In this document: positions 30,201-45,100 of the stretch, piece by piece
Numbering within the stretch: the stretch's first letter is position 1
How the letters are laid out: the number at the start of each line of letters is the position of its first letter
Assembly (NCBI GenBank): GCA_964035545.1
Contig: OZ037769.1
Span: 558,001 to 622,000 of the forward strand
Source of the DNA: Bugula neritina
Taxonomy: Eukaryota; Animalia; Bryozoa
Length of the DNA: 64,000 bases
Direction of reading: 5' to 3'
Made by a program: the position numbers and the translations under genes
Notes under the pieces: model-generated
Told to the model about the DNA's origin: nothing
The model's input: the letters and a program-made list of their open reading frames with translations, nothing else
Database searches by the model: none

Positions 30201-33200
30201 AAAAATATGCAACAAGCTAAATTTGAATTTATTCAAAGGAAAATATTAAAGAATTTCTACAAAGTTACTTTCATTCACATAAATAATCATTATAGATTGT
30301 ATATGTATAAATTATTATATAAATTGTAAATTATTAAAACTTTATAAATAATTACCTGTTTGTGTACATTCTGGAATACTGGACCAAGTTTTATCATGTT
30401 GACACTGTATCACATCCACGTTTGTTTTCTGGTAACCATAGTAACAGTCATATGATAAAACTTCTTGGTAGACATATGTTTGAGTTGTTCCTCCTTTAGA
30501 TGTGATTATAGTAGTGGAAGTATTGATGGAGAGATCAGTGATGTCGCATTTAACTGAAGTTATTAGAAAAGAAAAAATTTGCAGAGGACAATTGGAGCAT
30601 ATACGTATAGTGTAAAATCTGTTAGAGATATATTACTTTATAGCCATGGTATATTATTACTATATACATATACCTGGTGTACATGTTAGAGATATATTAC
30701 TCCATCTCCATGGTATATTATCTGTATCAGTAGAATTACATCTAGATACAACTTCTTCTATTCCATCTCTACTCTCATATCCTTTTATACACTCATATAC
30801 TGTTGTATGAGTATCAGTCTTAGTTTTAGTAGTAAACTCAACATTTCTTGGCTCTTCTGTACAGTAGGGGACTAAAAAAGACATTTAGAAGTATTACATT
30901 TAGGTATTAGAGAAGTCTATATAATTATATTATAATCTTTATGCTATGAATACATACCTGGAATACATCTGATCTCTGATTGGTTGACCCACTTAGCCTT
31001 TGTACCATCTACCTTACATTCAGAAGTTGAGTTATACTTCAACTGATGGTCAGTATCTTCACAAGAATAATTTATTATTGTACCAGGAAACCAGGGAGAT
31101 TCAGTAGATGGAGTACTTGTCACATGATCTATTTCAGGTTTATCTCCACATGTCAACACTGTAGAAGTATACATAGATTATTCTGTTATTCATTGTTTAT
31201 TAAATTAAACACAACAAGATAATAATTTGGTGTTTGCCTACATATAATGATTGCAGTTCAACATGATGACAAGTCATTGTATAATGATAATAGATATTAT
31301 TGAAAGAAAATCATGACTTTGCTTTTATTATAAATTTGATGTTTTCTCTTATAGCTATTTTCTATAATGATGGCTATTTTATAGCCCACATAGCTACATT
31401 ATATATATTTTAAAAAATATATTAATGAAGCAATATTATATTCAAATAAGTACACATTAAACTATCCTAAAGGCAAAGATACAGGATCACAACTACTATA
31501 TAAGGAAAAAAACCGTTATGTATTAAGATAAGATGATGTAATCAACACCTTACATTAAGTAAATAAATTTGTACAAGAGCAACAGTGACTGGAGTGGCAT
31601 ATGATAATGAGTATAACTATTACATTTATGTGTATCATTGTACATTAGACTTTAGAGTATTTAATGTATAAAAACAGCCTATAAATATGATTAATACTTT
31701 AGCAATCTTCCAAATGGTGGTCTATATATAAGCCTAAATATTTTCTCTTATGAAAATCCTTCAGCTGGGTATTTCTAGAAATATGCATAGTATTCTGCCA
31801 TTTTATTGTCAGAGAAATTAATTAAAGCATTGAGTATCCAGTATACTATGAATTACCATTTATTTGCACCAAATAAAGTTTAACAATGCTAGTTGTTATA
31901 GCTTCTCCATGGAGGCCATTTTATTATCTTTAAAAATAATTTAATTTCAAAAACGTGTGGGCTTTTCAATAACTGATGTTTATCCTAGTACAGTTTCCCT
32001 ATTTCACATAATTATTCAGAAAATAAAACTTCCTATCATTTAACTTGAAAATTTTACAGTTTACAGTTTATATAACATAAATATCAAGTTAAAAGAACCG
32101 ATATTTCATAAGCAAGCAATTTACACGGTGAGTGATAGAAGTTTTACAATGCAATAAGCCAGGAAGTGTTTTTTAGAATGCAAATATTAGACACTGTTTC
32201 AAAGCTGTTAGATAATCACCATGGTTACCCTAAGAAATTATCGTATAAATCTTCATTGCCAAATTATTGATGAAATTATCAGTTGCAGCAGAAATGTGAC
32301 ATAAAATAACTAGTGACTTATATATGTACTTTATATATAATAAAAATTATGCTGTAAAAGTAAATAAATGTATTATTATAGGATGAAGTGTGTTGTGTGG
32401 AGTCCACTATAAGACTTAAGTCTAGTGGACTATATATACCTCTGAATTCAGAGGTATATATATCCATGGATGTTTATATTGAATTATATATTGTTAGCAT
32501 CATATTAAACTTGCTATATAAGCACTATATATTGTTTTAAAATGTCTAAAAGTTGATGAATTTGCTAATGTTAACTATTTATTTAGAGTAATAAAAAGTT
32601 TCCCCTTAAAATAAACAGGTACAAAATAATAGTAAATGATAGATGCTGATCTTGTCTTGATATTCTACTGTATTTGAAATAAAGTAGCAGTAAATTCTCT
32701 TACTCACCTGTAAACTGAATCATAAAGAATACAGACTCTGCATCTCCATGGACAGGATCTCCCTCATTTTCATATCTCACAGAAAGTTGGTTGTTTGTGG
32801 AGGTTATGTTATGTAGATATCCATCAGGGAAATTAGGAACCTTCTGATTATCAATAAACCAGGAGGTTCTGGATGATTCTGTAAACTTAGAAATCATGTC
32901 AAACTTAACATAGTGAGCTTCACTTGGTAGGTTTGATATTGTAAAATCACAGGATGGTAATGGCTGCATATTAGTTGTATAAGAGCTGGTGAATATTCCA
33001 GTCAACTGTTCAACTTGAGGTCTGTCTGGTATCTGAATATCTTCACCACAAGATGTTACTGTAATAGACATATATGCCTGCCTTATAATGTATCTATTAT
33101 TTTGTCAAATTCCACTTTATACCATGTATATAACAGTTTTGAAATAAGACCACTTAAAGCAAAGCTATAGCTATATCTATAGCTAGCTATATAGCTCATA

Positions 33201-34795
33201 TTAGTTCCGAGAAACACACATGCCTACCTTGCGCTGCTTTTTGTATAAATAAATTGCATATTATATAGTAATTTAAAGTATCTACTTGACTGATGCTTAT
33301 ATATAATGAAAACTAAATATAATATCAGATGGTGAAATTTAAATTATGCACGTTGATGTTCATATGCTTTGTAGTTATACGAACTATTTTAAAATCTAAA
33401 TCAAATCAAATTTACTATCATGCTAGTAAAGTTTACTTTACACTTATCACAATCAGTATTTGTTTTTAAATTTACCTGTTGTAAAGAACTCTAGGTTAAA
33501 TCCTGTCATGTTGCTGAGAGTAGAAACTGATAATACAGACTGTTCTTGAGTGAACCTCTGTATAATACCAGGTTCTCCAAAGTCAATACAGTATGTTGTA
33601 CCATCTATCTGTATTTCTGGACAGATTATAGCACCTGTTTCAGGTGTCCTAAATCCTGGTATACTGATATAACTATCAGCAGGTGTTCTCAGAGTTAGAC
33701 TACATCTAACAGGTGCTCCCTCTATCTCTCTATGTTCTATTATCCCTGCATATCCTCTATCAAATTTCACTGTGTTATTATCACATATATTCACTGGTTT
33801 AATATCTTGTCCTTTTATAAACAGGGTAAAGACACAGGATATCAGTATGAGTTGCAGAGTGGTAGGCTGAAATTATACAGTTTAGACAATATCATGCTAC
33901 ATTATAACTCTCATTAGATGATTAAATGCATGGGTTGTAGAGCTTTCACTTATGCTTTTCATTAACGCTACTCCAGTTCATTTGTATCATATTTAGTTTC
34001 ATCATCACTACTTCTCCATGCCTATCACATTACGTGAATGGATTTTTCATTTAAGGCATGACCGTAGTAATATAAAGCTACAATAGACACATTACATATT
34101 TATCTGCAACTTTTAATGGTAAACAAAAGCTAAACTATGTCTACATAAGCTAAAGCATTAGGATAAAAGCAACCAGGAAATTGAGACCCAAACGTAATGG
34201 ATGAAATCTCAACTTAAGTTCTTTAATTTTAAACATAATATTTATGGGGATAAAAGTTTCCCTTTTCACTTGCAATTGTTAACTAAAGTAGGATATACTG
34301 TTAATGGGGATGAAATTTAGCAATATGAGTATGTTTTACTAGCTTTAGTATGCTAAAGCAAAGGTTTACCACAAAACTTGATTTGCTTGCTGCAACACAA
34401 TGCTTAATCACTGAGCTGGCTTAAAAGTGTAAACTTACAAGCCAGCTCAGTAATAGGCTGTGTATTGTAGCAGCCATGAAGATTACATAGAGCGAAGGTT
34501 AGCTATAACTAGAATTACTAAAGCACAACTCCGAAGCCAACAAGGAATCAAAACTCCCAAATTTTATTATAATAATATAAAACAAACTTGTTTGGACATA
34601 CAATTTTCAAATAGCAACTATATAATTACTTTATGTTGAAGGAATTAGTATATAATATTAGAATGCCAGATTTCCCAGAGCAATATTAAAAAGGTAGTTT
34701 GGCAACAGCAGCTTAAATTGATCAACTTTACTCAATTAAACAGTTTATTTTGCATCATACTGCAAGATGTTATTTTAAAAGCTGTTACTCACCAT
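27292..34795 (-). CDS. Receptor paralogue A: signal peptide - 2 CUB-like - 4 CCP/Sushi - TM - Tyr-rich tail without ITAM, 12 coding exons, ~687 aa
   Basis: Exons 34795-34793 (ATG only), 33866-33476, 33058-32708, 31158-30958, 30871-30674, 30553-30356, 30172-29999, 29641-29533, 28800-28757, 28306-28256, 27957-27888 and 27565-27292 total 2064 nt. Domain exons are phase 1-1 apart from the first. Sushi pattern C..Y.C..GY..C...W....C. TM IALIAGGGALVVVIIVVILIA. Confidence 0.85.
32401..32471. repeat. Three abutting short palindromes (32401-32431 with a 3-nt bulge; 32431-32462 perfect; 32462-32471)
   Basis: agtccacta[taa]gacttaagtctagtggact; tatatatacctctgaattcagaggtatatata; atccatggat. Confidence 0.85.
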
Positions 34796-36100
34796 TTTGA
34801 AAGAATGCATCTCTGATAATATAATCTAAGATTATTATAGTATTCTTACGACTTGCCACGTCTACTGTATAATATAGTATATTATAACTCTACCCTTGCA
34901 ATATTTGATAAGTCTCAAGTTTAGTAAATATTAACTTTAATCAACACAGCCTTCTTTATACACAGAGCTGTGAACTTCCTTGTATGACTATACACACATC
35001 ACTATACAATATACTAGCTATCTATTTAGATGACTGATATAGCTTCTGCTTTACCTCAACCTATTCTTCTTGTTTATTTAGTGATTATTGTGTCTTTGTA
35101 GTCTACATAATAGAATACATGACTATTCTATTCAACACTAGAAATAGTAAGCAGTGATTATCATGCAACTTTTAGACTGTCTCCATGGTGAAGATTGAGA
35201 GCATAGGAGATGATATTTTGTTACAATTTATCTTTAATAGTTTTATTATAATATCATGGAACTAAGAAATCATATAGTCTATATAATATAATATTATAAT
35301 AATAAAACATTCACAGATATATTCCAATCAGAAAACTATATATAATAAGTAATCAAACACAATCAATATACATTTACTGTTATCTTATATTGAAATAAAC
35401 AAACAACAGAATTGAAAAACTATTTTATCATAAATTTTTTATTGAAAATAATTGAATTATATGGCAACAATGTCTCAACGTAATTCTGCAATCAAAATAA
35501 AATATTATTACAAACGTCTTCTAACAGAAATATTAATTGATTATATCAATATTTGATTAAATGCATATGATTGTCTAACTGATGAATATACCTAAAGTTA
35601 TGTCCCCTTGCAATGTAACCCGAGACTCCCATAATATTGTATTATATTCATTTCTCTAGGCAATCTCATGGTTGATTTCTGCATATAACTATTTTGATTT
35701 ATATCATTAAAATAAGTCAAAAATAATAAATATGCATAAGGTTACGGAACTCAGGAATTAATTTTACCATAGAAGAGCAGAAATTTTAACCCAGTTGTTA
35801 GTTTAATTATCTTACTGAACTATATTATAGAGATCTATTATTTTAGAACCTTGAAAGCAAACTCAAATTAAATTTTCTACTGATAACTAGCACTTTGCAT
35901 GCTTATATAATAAGTTAAAGAGCCTGTATAAAGTATGTCTAATGGCAAGATATGTCCATAAGAGAAGTAAATCACTTATACTAAATAGAGCTGCAAAATG
36001 TTGCTATAAATGCTGTGATTCAGTTGAATATTATAGATTTGTCAAAACCATTTTAATCATTTGTTCTTTCAATTCTGTTCATTATTATCAGTTTCTCTCT

Positions 36101-39100
36101 CTACTTTCTATCTGTACTCTCATAGAGCTCATTGTCTAGCATGTTCACCTGCCCATCTGTTCTATCATAGAGATCATTGTCTAGCATGTTCACTCTACTA
36201 GTTCTATCATAGAGGTCATTGTCCAACATCTCCACATTGACACTTCCTGCAGGTGCTCCAGAACTGTCATATAGACTGTTGTCCACAAACTCAACTTCAT
36301 CTGCTTTGGGTGGTACCACCGGGGCCTCCTCGTAGATTGGCTGGGAAGACTGAGATAAAATCTCGGGCTTCTTGTGATGATTTGGTTGTACTGATGCATA
36401 CAACTCAGCAACATTTCTACCAGGAAACAACATCATATATTAGTTTAGATAATAACAAGGTAGGATACAAAATATCATGCATTACATAATATGCTACCAG
36501 TACATAGTTTTTCTGGGAATCATTTAAGTCATATGCTCACAAACAGCTAAACCTCTTTCTCAAGATATATCATCCATGTGAAGTTCATTTTATACGCAAT
36601 TAAGGTTAACCCCAACATGTGTTTGATGCAATACAATAAGAAAAAAGGTGGAATGCTTTAATACAAATTTTGATTCATTTCTAAATTTAAAAAAGTAAAA
36701 TTTAAATCATAAATAAAAACTATCAGTTTTCTGCATCTAGTTTAACTGGAGTCGTGAAGCCCAGGTGGCTTAGCACAGCTAGTCTTTTAGCACGTGTTCC
36801 CCAAACATATAAGCTCTACAACCACCAAGACACTCTGCTACCCACCCAAACTTCTTCTGGTTTGGTTTAGGTTTCGTCATAGGAGCAGGCTTCTTGACCA
36901 CGCCCCCTGATATCTCAGCGTAAGCGGAAGCCTCGTCTTCAATCACACCATAAGGCCCGTTGTTTCCGACACTTCCCTGACCTACAATAGGAAGTTGCCG
37001 ATATATTCAGAGACTACAAACTCAACTATACACGCAGATATCATAAAGAGTTTTCAGTGAAGATAAATGAAACTATTCATTGGAAAATCATGTGTCTTGA
37101 ATTGTATTAACAGCTACCTGAATTTTCTCATAAAATATACCGAAGGATAAGATAGAAGTTGCCTACTCTCATATCTATAGACGAAACGTGTGTATTACTA
37201 TATGATTAAGGAGGTAGTCCTGTTAGATATATTCGTACCACAGAAGTAAGTAACAACTTTAGTTACGACAACTTACCTGGCACAGTTGGAATTATATCTG
37301 GACGTTCTAGCTCAAAATATGGATTCTCTACAAGAATACAGCTGAGGTAGAAGCATTGCTTTTAAAGCTCATTGGTACAGAAGCTGTGTGTTTACAGTAT
37401 AAACTATGGAGGAGGAGAGAAAACGCTAAGACTTCATATTGGTTAGACTTAGTTCCTATTAACATGGGAAAAGAGAGTGATAGGCTGCCTTGAACTACGT
37501 TAGCTATATATGCTATCAGGAAGGGTGGGTTGTATACCGTCCCAAACCAAGCAGACAATGCAGTTTACTGTGAAAGAGAAACTTTGAATATAATGTTTAT
37601 TCCTTCGAATAAAGTATTTCTTGACCCTCATGAAGAGCTTATGTTTACAAAGAGTAGTAGCTAGTGAAAGTAGTATATTCCTCCATACAGTTGAATGATA
37701 TTTTGGTATATTGATCATGTATACTATTATACTGTGTAGTAGTAGCTAGTTAAAGTAGTGTATTCCCCCCTCCCCACACAGTTAAATGATATTTTGACAG
37801 AGAATAATATTTACCTTTGCTGAAAGATTGTCTGTTATTTGCTTCTCCTGAAGGGGCCTCCTTAGGGCTGTTAATAATCAAATAGAAAAAATAAGGTGGA
37901 GTTTTCAAAATCTTCATTATTTGAGATTCACATGCCATTGTAATTGCAACAAGTATTATACATAACTTCCAAGGTGGTATAGTGCATAACATATTATCTC
38001 ACTTTAGTTTTAGCAGAGCAAATCAAGTTGTTTCTTGGGGCTCCATAAACTAAACGCAAAAGATAATTTACAATATCATTTAGCATGTAAGATGTACTAC
38101 ATAAGATATAATATGTTATAGCATGCAAAGAGGTATAATACTATATCATAATATCCCTTATATGTTGCGTAATATTATTATGTAATGTAGTGTTATGAGA
38201 TTACAGGAAATGAATTTTGATTTACAAGTAAGTCAATATTTATAGTTAAATATGTTTACTTATATTATAATATACTGCTATACAGCAATAAATATAATAA
38301 TCTGATACATTGTGGGACAGCCTGAGTACCAACCTATGACGTAGACATCTAGCTATTAGGACTACGACTATAATCACCACCACCAGGGCTCCCCCTCCAG
38401 CTATCAGAGCAATGTGATATGGTTCAAAGAGCTTTCCTGTGTTTGTAACAAATATCAATACAGTAACATAACTTGCATCAAAGCAATATGTATAATATAT
38501 ACAATATCAAAATATTATATTCAAGATGTTAGCATATATTTATACAATTTTCTCAATTTCTTTCACCAGGAAGAAAAACTAAGCTTTTATGCAATATTTT
38601 TTTAATATTGTTTTGATTCAAATAAAATTCAATTTCAATATACTATGTATATATAGCATATAATACATTTCAGAAATACATACAGAAATCAGTAATTATC
38701 TTGTTGTACACTGCACTTTTTATTCTGTGTACAAAAAGTTGTCCACCTTTATTTTATACTACTAGCTCTACTTCCTGGTTATTACAATTACCTGGTGAAT
38801 CAGTTGTGGCAATCACAGGATCTTTATTTGATACGTCACAACCAGGGTCATGTGACCAGTTACCAAACTGTGTACAGACGGGATCTGTAGTCTTAGTATA
38901 ACCATCATTACATGAGTAGAGTAGATTATCTCCTCCGTAATATCTGTCTAGTGTGATGGTACCATTGGCTAGGGTTAGTGCTGCTGGGTCACACTCAGCT
39001 GTTAGATAATATATTATACAAGTATAGAAAATATGCAACAAGCTAAATTGGAATTTATTCAAAGGAAAATATCTAAGCCCTTCTACAAAGTTACTTTCAT

Positions 39101-42100
39101 TCACTAAAAACATAGTAATAGTTTGTAAATGTATAAATTATTCTATAAATTGTAAATTATTAAAACTTTATAAATAACTACCTGTTTGTGTACATTCTGG
39201 AATACTGGACCAAGTTTTATCATGTTGACACTGTATCACATCCATGTTTGTTTTCTTGTAACCATAGTAACAGTCATATGATAGAACTTCTTGGTAAACA
39301 TATGTGTGAGTTGTCCCTCCTTTAGATGTGATGTTAGTAGTGGAAACATTGATGGAGAGATCAGTGATGTCACACTCAACTGAAACAGAAGTTGAGTTAC
39401 AAACATCTCTACAGCCACAGCCTACTATATATACAAATATCATGCATTTGGTATACACTATACAGTATATTTTATGCAGAATAATACTGTGCACTTTCAA
39501 ACTTATTTAAAGAATGACCTCAAAAAATCAGCATTCTGTAACTAAAATAAATGAAACGTTAAATTATGTATAATTTTTCATATTGCGATTTAATAACAAT
39601 AATATGACAATGCAGAACCTAGGCATGCTGCCTTTGGGTTAGCTAACAAACTAAGCAAATAGAAGTATTTATTTCATAGCAATTGTTAAGTGTTCAACAT
39701 TGAGGAAGTGCAGCAGTAGCTTTACAAGGCAGAGCAATAATATTTTATACATTTAGTTGCTGCAGTTTTGAGTATGGCTATTGAGCTCCTCTAAATTAAT
39801 ATACTGCTATATAGTATAAACACATTGTTCTTAGATTACTCCACATTCATGGTATATTATTACTATATACATGTACCTGGTATACATGTTAGAAATATAT
39901 TACTCCATATCCATGGTATATTATCTGTATCAGTAGAACTACATCTGGATACAACTTCTTCTATTCCATCTCTACTCTCATATCCTTTTATACACTTATA
40001 TACTGTTGTATGAGTATCAGTCCTAGTTATAGTAGTAAACTCAACATTTCTTGGCTCCTCTGTACAGTAGGGGACTAGAAAATTGTATAACATAATATTA
40101 ATATATACAACATAGTGCCATATGCTCTACATCTAAAAGGTCACAAAAACATTGACCTTAAGAGTTAGATATTTAATAAAAAGCCATCGGAATCAACTGC
40201 TGGGAAGCTCAAAGCTTTAAGCTGCAGTAGCCTGGAGCTAGTTTTCACAACTATACCAATGGGGTTTCATTGGAAGCATGGGCATGTAGTTATATAGTTC
40301 CAGTTGTTTATAGTAAGGCATTGAAAATCACTATTAAACAAAGCTGAGATACTTAGGGAGAACTGGTATAAGATAATACATTCAAATGCTCCTAAGAGCA
40401 TTTCATCTTTACATTTAAATAACATCACAGAAGTAAAAGCATTTTCAATGTAGCTACAGATCTTTTTAGAATCTTAAAAGTCCAACTTGGATTTAATTAC
40501 ATTTTGATTTGTTGAATAAATCTTTTAGAGACAAATAAAAAACCGAATTCTCACTGGGTGCCATATTTTTAAAAACAAAAGCAGCACATATAGTGGCATG
40601 TGTACCATTGACTCTGGCAGCACCTAGAACATGTTTATGTTTTGTAAGCTAAGAGTTTGGCAGGTGTAGATAGTTTGATGGTGTAAAAAAATGTCTAAAA
40701 AGTTTTTCTAGTTAGCAACAGATTAATACTAGCTATGTTGCATGGCCTTTTAATATAGTATTAGGTTTTGAAACAGAGATTAAAAAATGAATGGCTAAAA
40801 GCAGCACGGAATTGGGTGTGACTGAATGCAGAGCTTGTATAGACCCCCAAACACTGTATACAGTGACCACCAACCCAGTGCTGCTTCAAGCAATTTCTAA
40901 TTGGAAATTAATCTTAGAATTAAAAATGTCTAAAATATTATTTCGAAGTAGCAACAGTCTAATGGGAGTGTAATACTAGCTATGTGGTCGTTAAATATAG
41001 TTGTGAAGTTTTGAAACTGCATGGGATTGAAAAATGAATAATTGCTAAAAGCAGCATGAAGTTGAGGCTGACTGGGTGCAAAGTGCAAAGACCCCTAACC
41101 ATTATAAACTCAGTGACCACCAACCCAGTGCTGCTCAACTCAATTTCCCATCTAAAATTAATTTTAAGCAGTACCTGGAATACATCTAATCTCTGATTGG
41201 TTGACCCACTTAGCCTCTGAACCATCTACTTTACATTCAGAATAAGTTGAGTTATACTTCAACTGATAGTCAGTATCTTCACAAGAATAGTTTATTATTG
41301 TACCAGGAAACCAGGGAGATTCAGTAGATGGAGTACTTGTCACATGATCTATTTCTGGTTTATCTCCACATGTCAACACTGCAAAAATAAATTTACCAAA
41401 ACTTTAGAATAATTCTATACAAAAATTTAACGGTAGCTGCAAAGTACACCATACCACTGTTTCCTGCTAAATATCATATTTACTACAATGAACACAAATT
41501 ACCTAAATATCCCTGCAATAGCTGCAATGTTACTTGTCTCTTTGCTTGCAGCATAATATAATTAAAAGCTGCTGAATTTGTCTATTGCATGACAGATTTG
41601 CCAGCAATAGAGTGGAAGATATAAGAAACTACCAGCACTCTGTAAATACACAACCACTGGGTGTAGGAAATTTCACTGGATATATATAAATAAATTCTAA
41701 CATATTCTAAAATAGGCTATAGGTTTGCTATAATAGCCTATAAGTAGAGGTTTTAAAATTTTCCTGGTTAATTTATGTTTTAGTTAAAGCTGCTACTTTA
41801 AAACACACTTGTAATTAGTTGTCTACAAATTTTATGCTTTTAAAAATTCCTCTTTTAAATTACTCTTTATAGTTTAAATTCTACTCTCTAAATGATAAAT
41901 CTTTGTCCTTTAAGTTAGCCACAACATTTAAATTCCTACTAATTATTTTCTTTCTTGCATAACTAACAGTGAAATCATAAAGTTAATATTGAGTAGCTGT
42001 ATTGTTATATAATATTATGCAACCTTCACTATCGATGATTTCCGCAAAGGCTATGAAAAGCTGTGTTATGATTAGTTGAGTCAACCTGTTGAATGCATGT

Positions 42101-45100
42101 AAAATTCAGAGTGCTAACTGATTGAATTATATGACAATTCAAACTAGTATTTTGCACCAAAAAATCATTTCCCAACATAATATAGCTAGAATTTTAACAA
42201 AGCAGCACTATGTTTCAAAAAATATGTTTAGCCCAACAGTAGATGGAGATGGAAATTTAAGTAGTGTTTCAACATCGATATTATAATAGTATTGACAACT
42301 CTTCTGTAATAAGTCAATAATCCTAGATCTGCTTTTAAACTGAGGGGAATTGAAAAGATATTAACAATTAAATCTTTCCACAATTTAATCTTTGTTCAAT
42401 AAAGTCTAAAAGCCTACTGGATTATTTGCAATTAACCGGGCTGTTGTGTAATATAATAGTGGCAACTATATAAGCTGCTGTTGTATATCAGTTTCTTAGA
42501 ATACCAACATATGGACACTAATAATCATTAGCATGTCTGCAGAAATAAACTTTCAATAATAAAGAGAAAAATTTAAAAGGTTTATTTAAAATTAAAGAGC
42601 TACCGCAAACTCAAAAATTAAATTAGCTACTGGATTTTAAAAATATTTATTAAGTAGTATATATAAAACCATAGAGTTGTTTAAAAATAATCACAATAAA
42701 TTATATTATTTAATTTTTGAACCCAAATTATTTTATTGCGAAGTTGTTGCAGCAGTAAAGTTGCTTATATTCTCGTAACCTTTGTCTTATTCATCTAGAA
42801 TTCAAACATAGCATCAGTAATTATAGATGAGCTTCTTTACCAATATAACAAAATTATGCAAATACAGCAAGTTATTGTTTAGTATCAATGTTTATCTACG
42901 ACTGTTATCATTTTGATATGCAATCTAGAGCATTGTCAAATTTGCGCTGGTCTTCATATTTGCTAACAATTGCTGTCCATTGAGCATATATCTCAAGGTA
43001 ATTATATTCCATTTTTAATCAGACAACTTTCTGTCAATTTTAATTATAAAAACTTATTCCGTGAAATTATTAATAATCCATGACATATTACACCTACAAA
43101 AGCTTAATGACTAATGCTGATAAGCAGTGAGTTATACAGAAAATAGTTTACTGTATTTACTCAATAACATCAAATTATAATAACCCAGGAATTCAATAAA
43201 ATCTACAATCCAGTGGTATTAGACTATTTTTAAATGAAATTATGTCCATCAACAAGATAGTAAATTATTGTCTAATTAAGTATTTTTACAACTAAATATA
43301 TTACTATATGTATAAGCTGCAGTTGTTAACATTTACCTTTGAGTTTACTATACAACTGTTGGTAGAATACTGATAATGCAAATGATACATTACAGTTTGA
43401 ATGGCAATTTACAATATATAGTGATGTAATTTTTGTTTCATTTTTCAAAATACTATTCGAATACAAATATATCTTGTTACTTATATAAGCTGGTATTAAG
43501 ATGGATAATTATACATTTGTAAAGATTTTAGCTATTTTTCTAGTACCGATATATAGATAACAAGGAGGTTTGAGAATGTGATTTAAGTGGTATATAATTA
43601 GATAGGAAACTTTTTCAATAAAAATATGTAGCCTCATAAAGAAACTTTACGTAATATTATAAAGCTAAAAAGGTAAAAAAGACGTATTTTCAATAAACTA
43701 TTGAAATGCAAATTTTAGCTAATTAGCATATAATTATCAATGCTAAAGGTAGCCCTAAAATTGATTGCTTGCAACAAAATTAATTCAGATTGAGTGAAAT
43801 AGACAATGAATTATTCCATATTCTAAACAGAGCTTCACTGGTCAACAACCAATCTATTCCACAAAACGATGAAATTTCGCAATTATAAGTTATTGATTCA
43901 TATAGTGGGTATACCCACTATATGAATCAATAACTTATAATTGCAAAATATCTTTTATAAGCGTTAGGCCTATATTATTCTATTTCCACAACAAATAAAT
44001 ATTTTTTATTATAATAAAAAATATTTATTTGTTGTGGAAATAGAATAATATAGGCCTAACGCTTATAAAAGATATTTTTAGTGTTTTCAGATTTTAAATT
44101 GTACAGTAGGCTACATAGAAACGATAACATAGTAAACTCTCTCACTCACCTGTAAACTGAATCATAAAGAATACTGGATCTACATCTCCAGTTACAGGAT
44201 CTCCTTCATTTTCATATCTCACAGAGAGTTGGTTGTTTGTAGAGGTTATGTTATGTAGATATCCATCGGGGAAGTTAGCAAACTCCTGATTATCAATAAA
44301 CCAGGAGATTCTGGATGATTCTGTAAGCTCAGTAATCATATCAAACCTAACATAGTGAGCTTCACTTGGTAGGTTTGATATTGTAAACTCACAGGATGAT
44401 AATGACTGCTTACTAGTTGTATTATAGGAGGTGGTGAATATTCCAGTCAACTGTTCAACTTGCGGTCTGTCTGGTATCTGAATATCTTCACTACATGATG
44501 TCACTGTGAAAGTAGTATATCTTTTTTATACTTGGCAGTAGTAATGATGCCGTATATCAGCATTAAATAATGAAATTTTTAGAGTAGTTTACCTGTTGTA
44601 TGCAAGAGTATAAATATTTACCTGTGGTAAAAAACTCCAAATTGAATCCTGTCTTGTTGCTGAGATTAGAAACTGATAATACAGACTGTTCTTGAGGGAA
44701 CTTCTGTATTATACCTGCAGGTTGTGTAGAGTCAATACAGTATTTTGAACTTTCTATCTGTATCTCCTGGCAGTTTGTATCACCTTCAGTAGATCTTGTC
44801 CTAACTCCTGGTATACTGATATAACTACCAGCAGGTGCTCTCAGAGTTAGACTACATATAACAGGTGATCCCTCTATCTCTCTATGTTCTATTATCCCTG
44901 CATATCCTCTATCAACTGTCACTGTATTATTATCACATATATTCACTGGTTTAATATCTTGTCCTTTTATTAACATGATGAAGACACAAGATACCAGTGT
45001 GAGTTGCAGAGTTGTTGGCTGAAATTATACAAGTATGTGAGTATTATACAAAATTATTATAAATGTTTACTCACTAGTTACTCAATACATGCATAGAATA

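Noticed and set aside
37500-37567. Possible alternative terminal exon in B (VNCIVCLVWDGIQPTLPDSIYS*)
   Set aside because: It has a good acceptor, but the homologous sequence in C stops after five codons; unsupported without transcripts.
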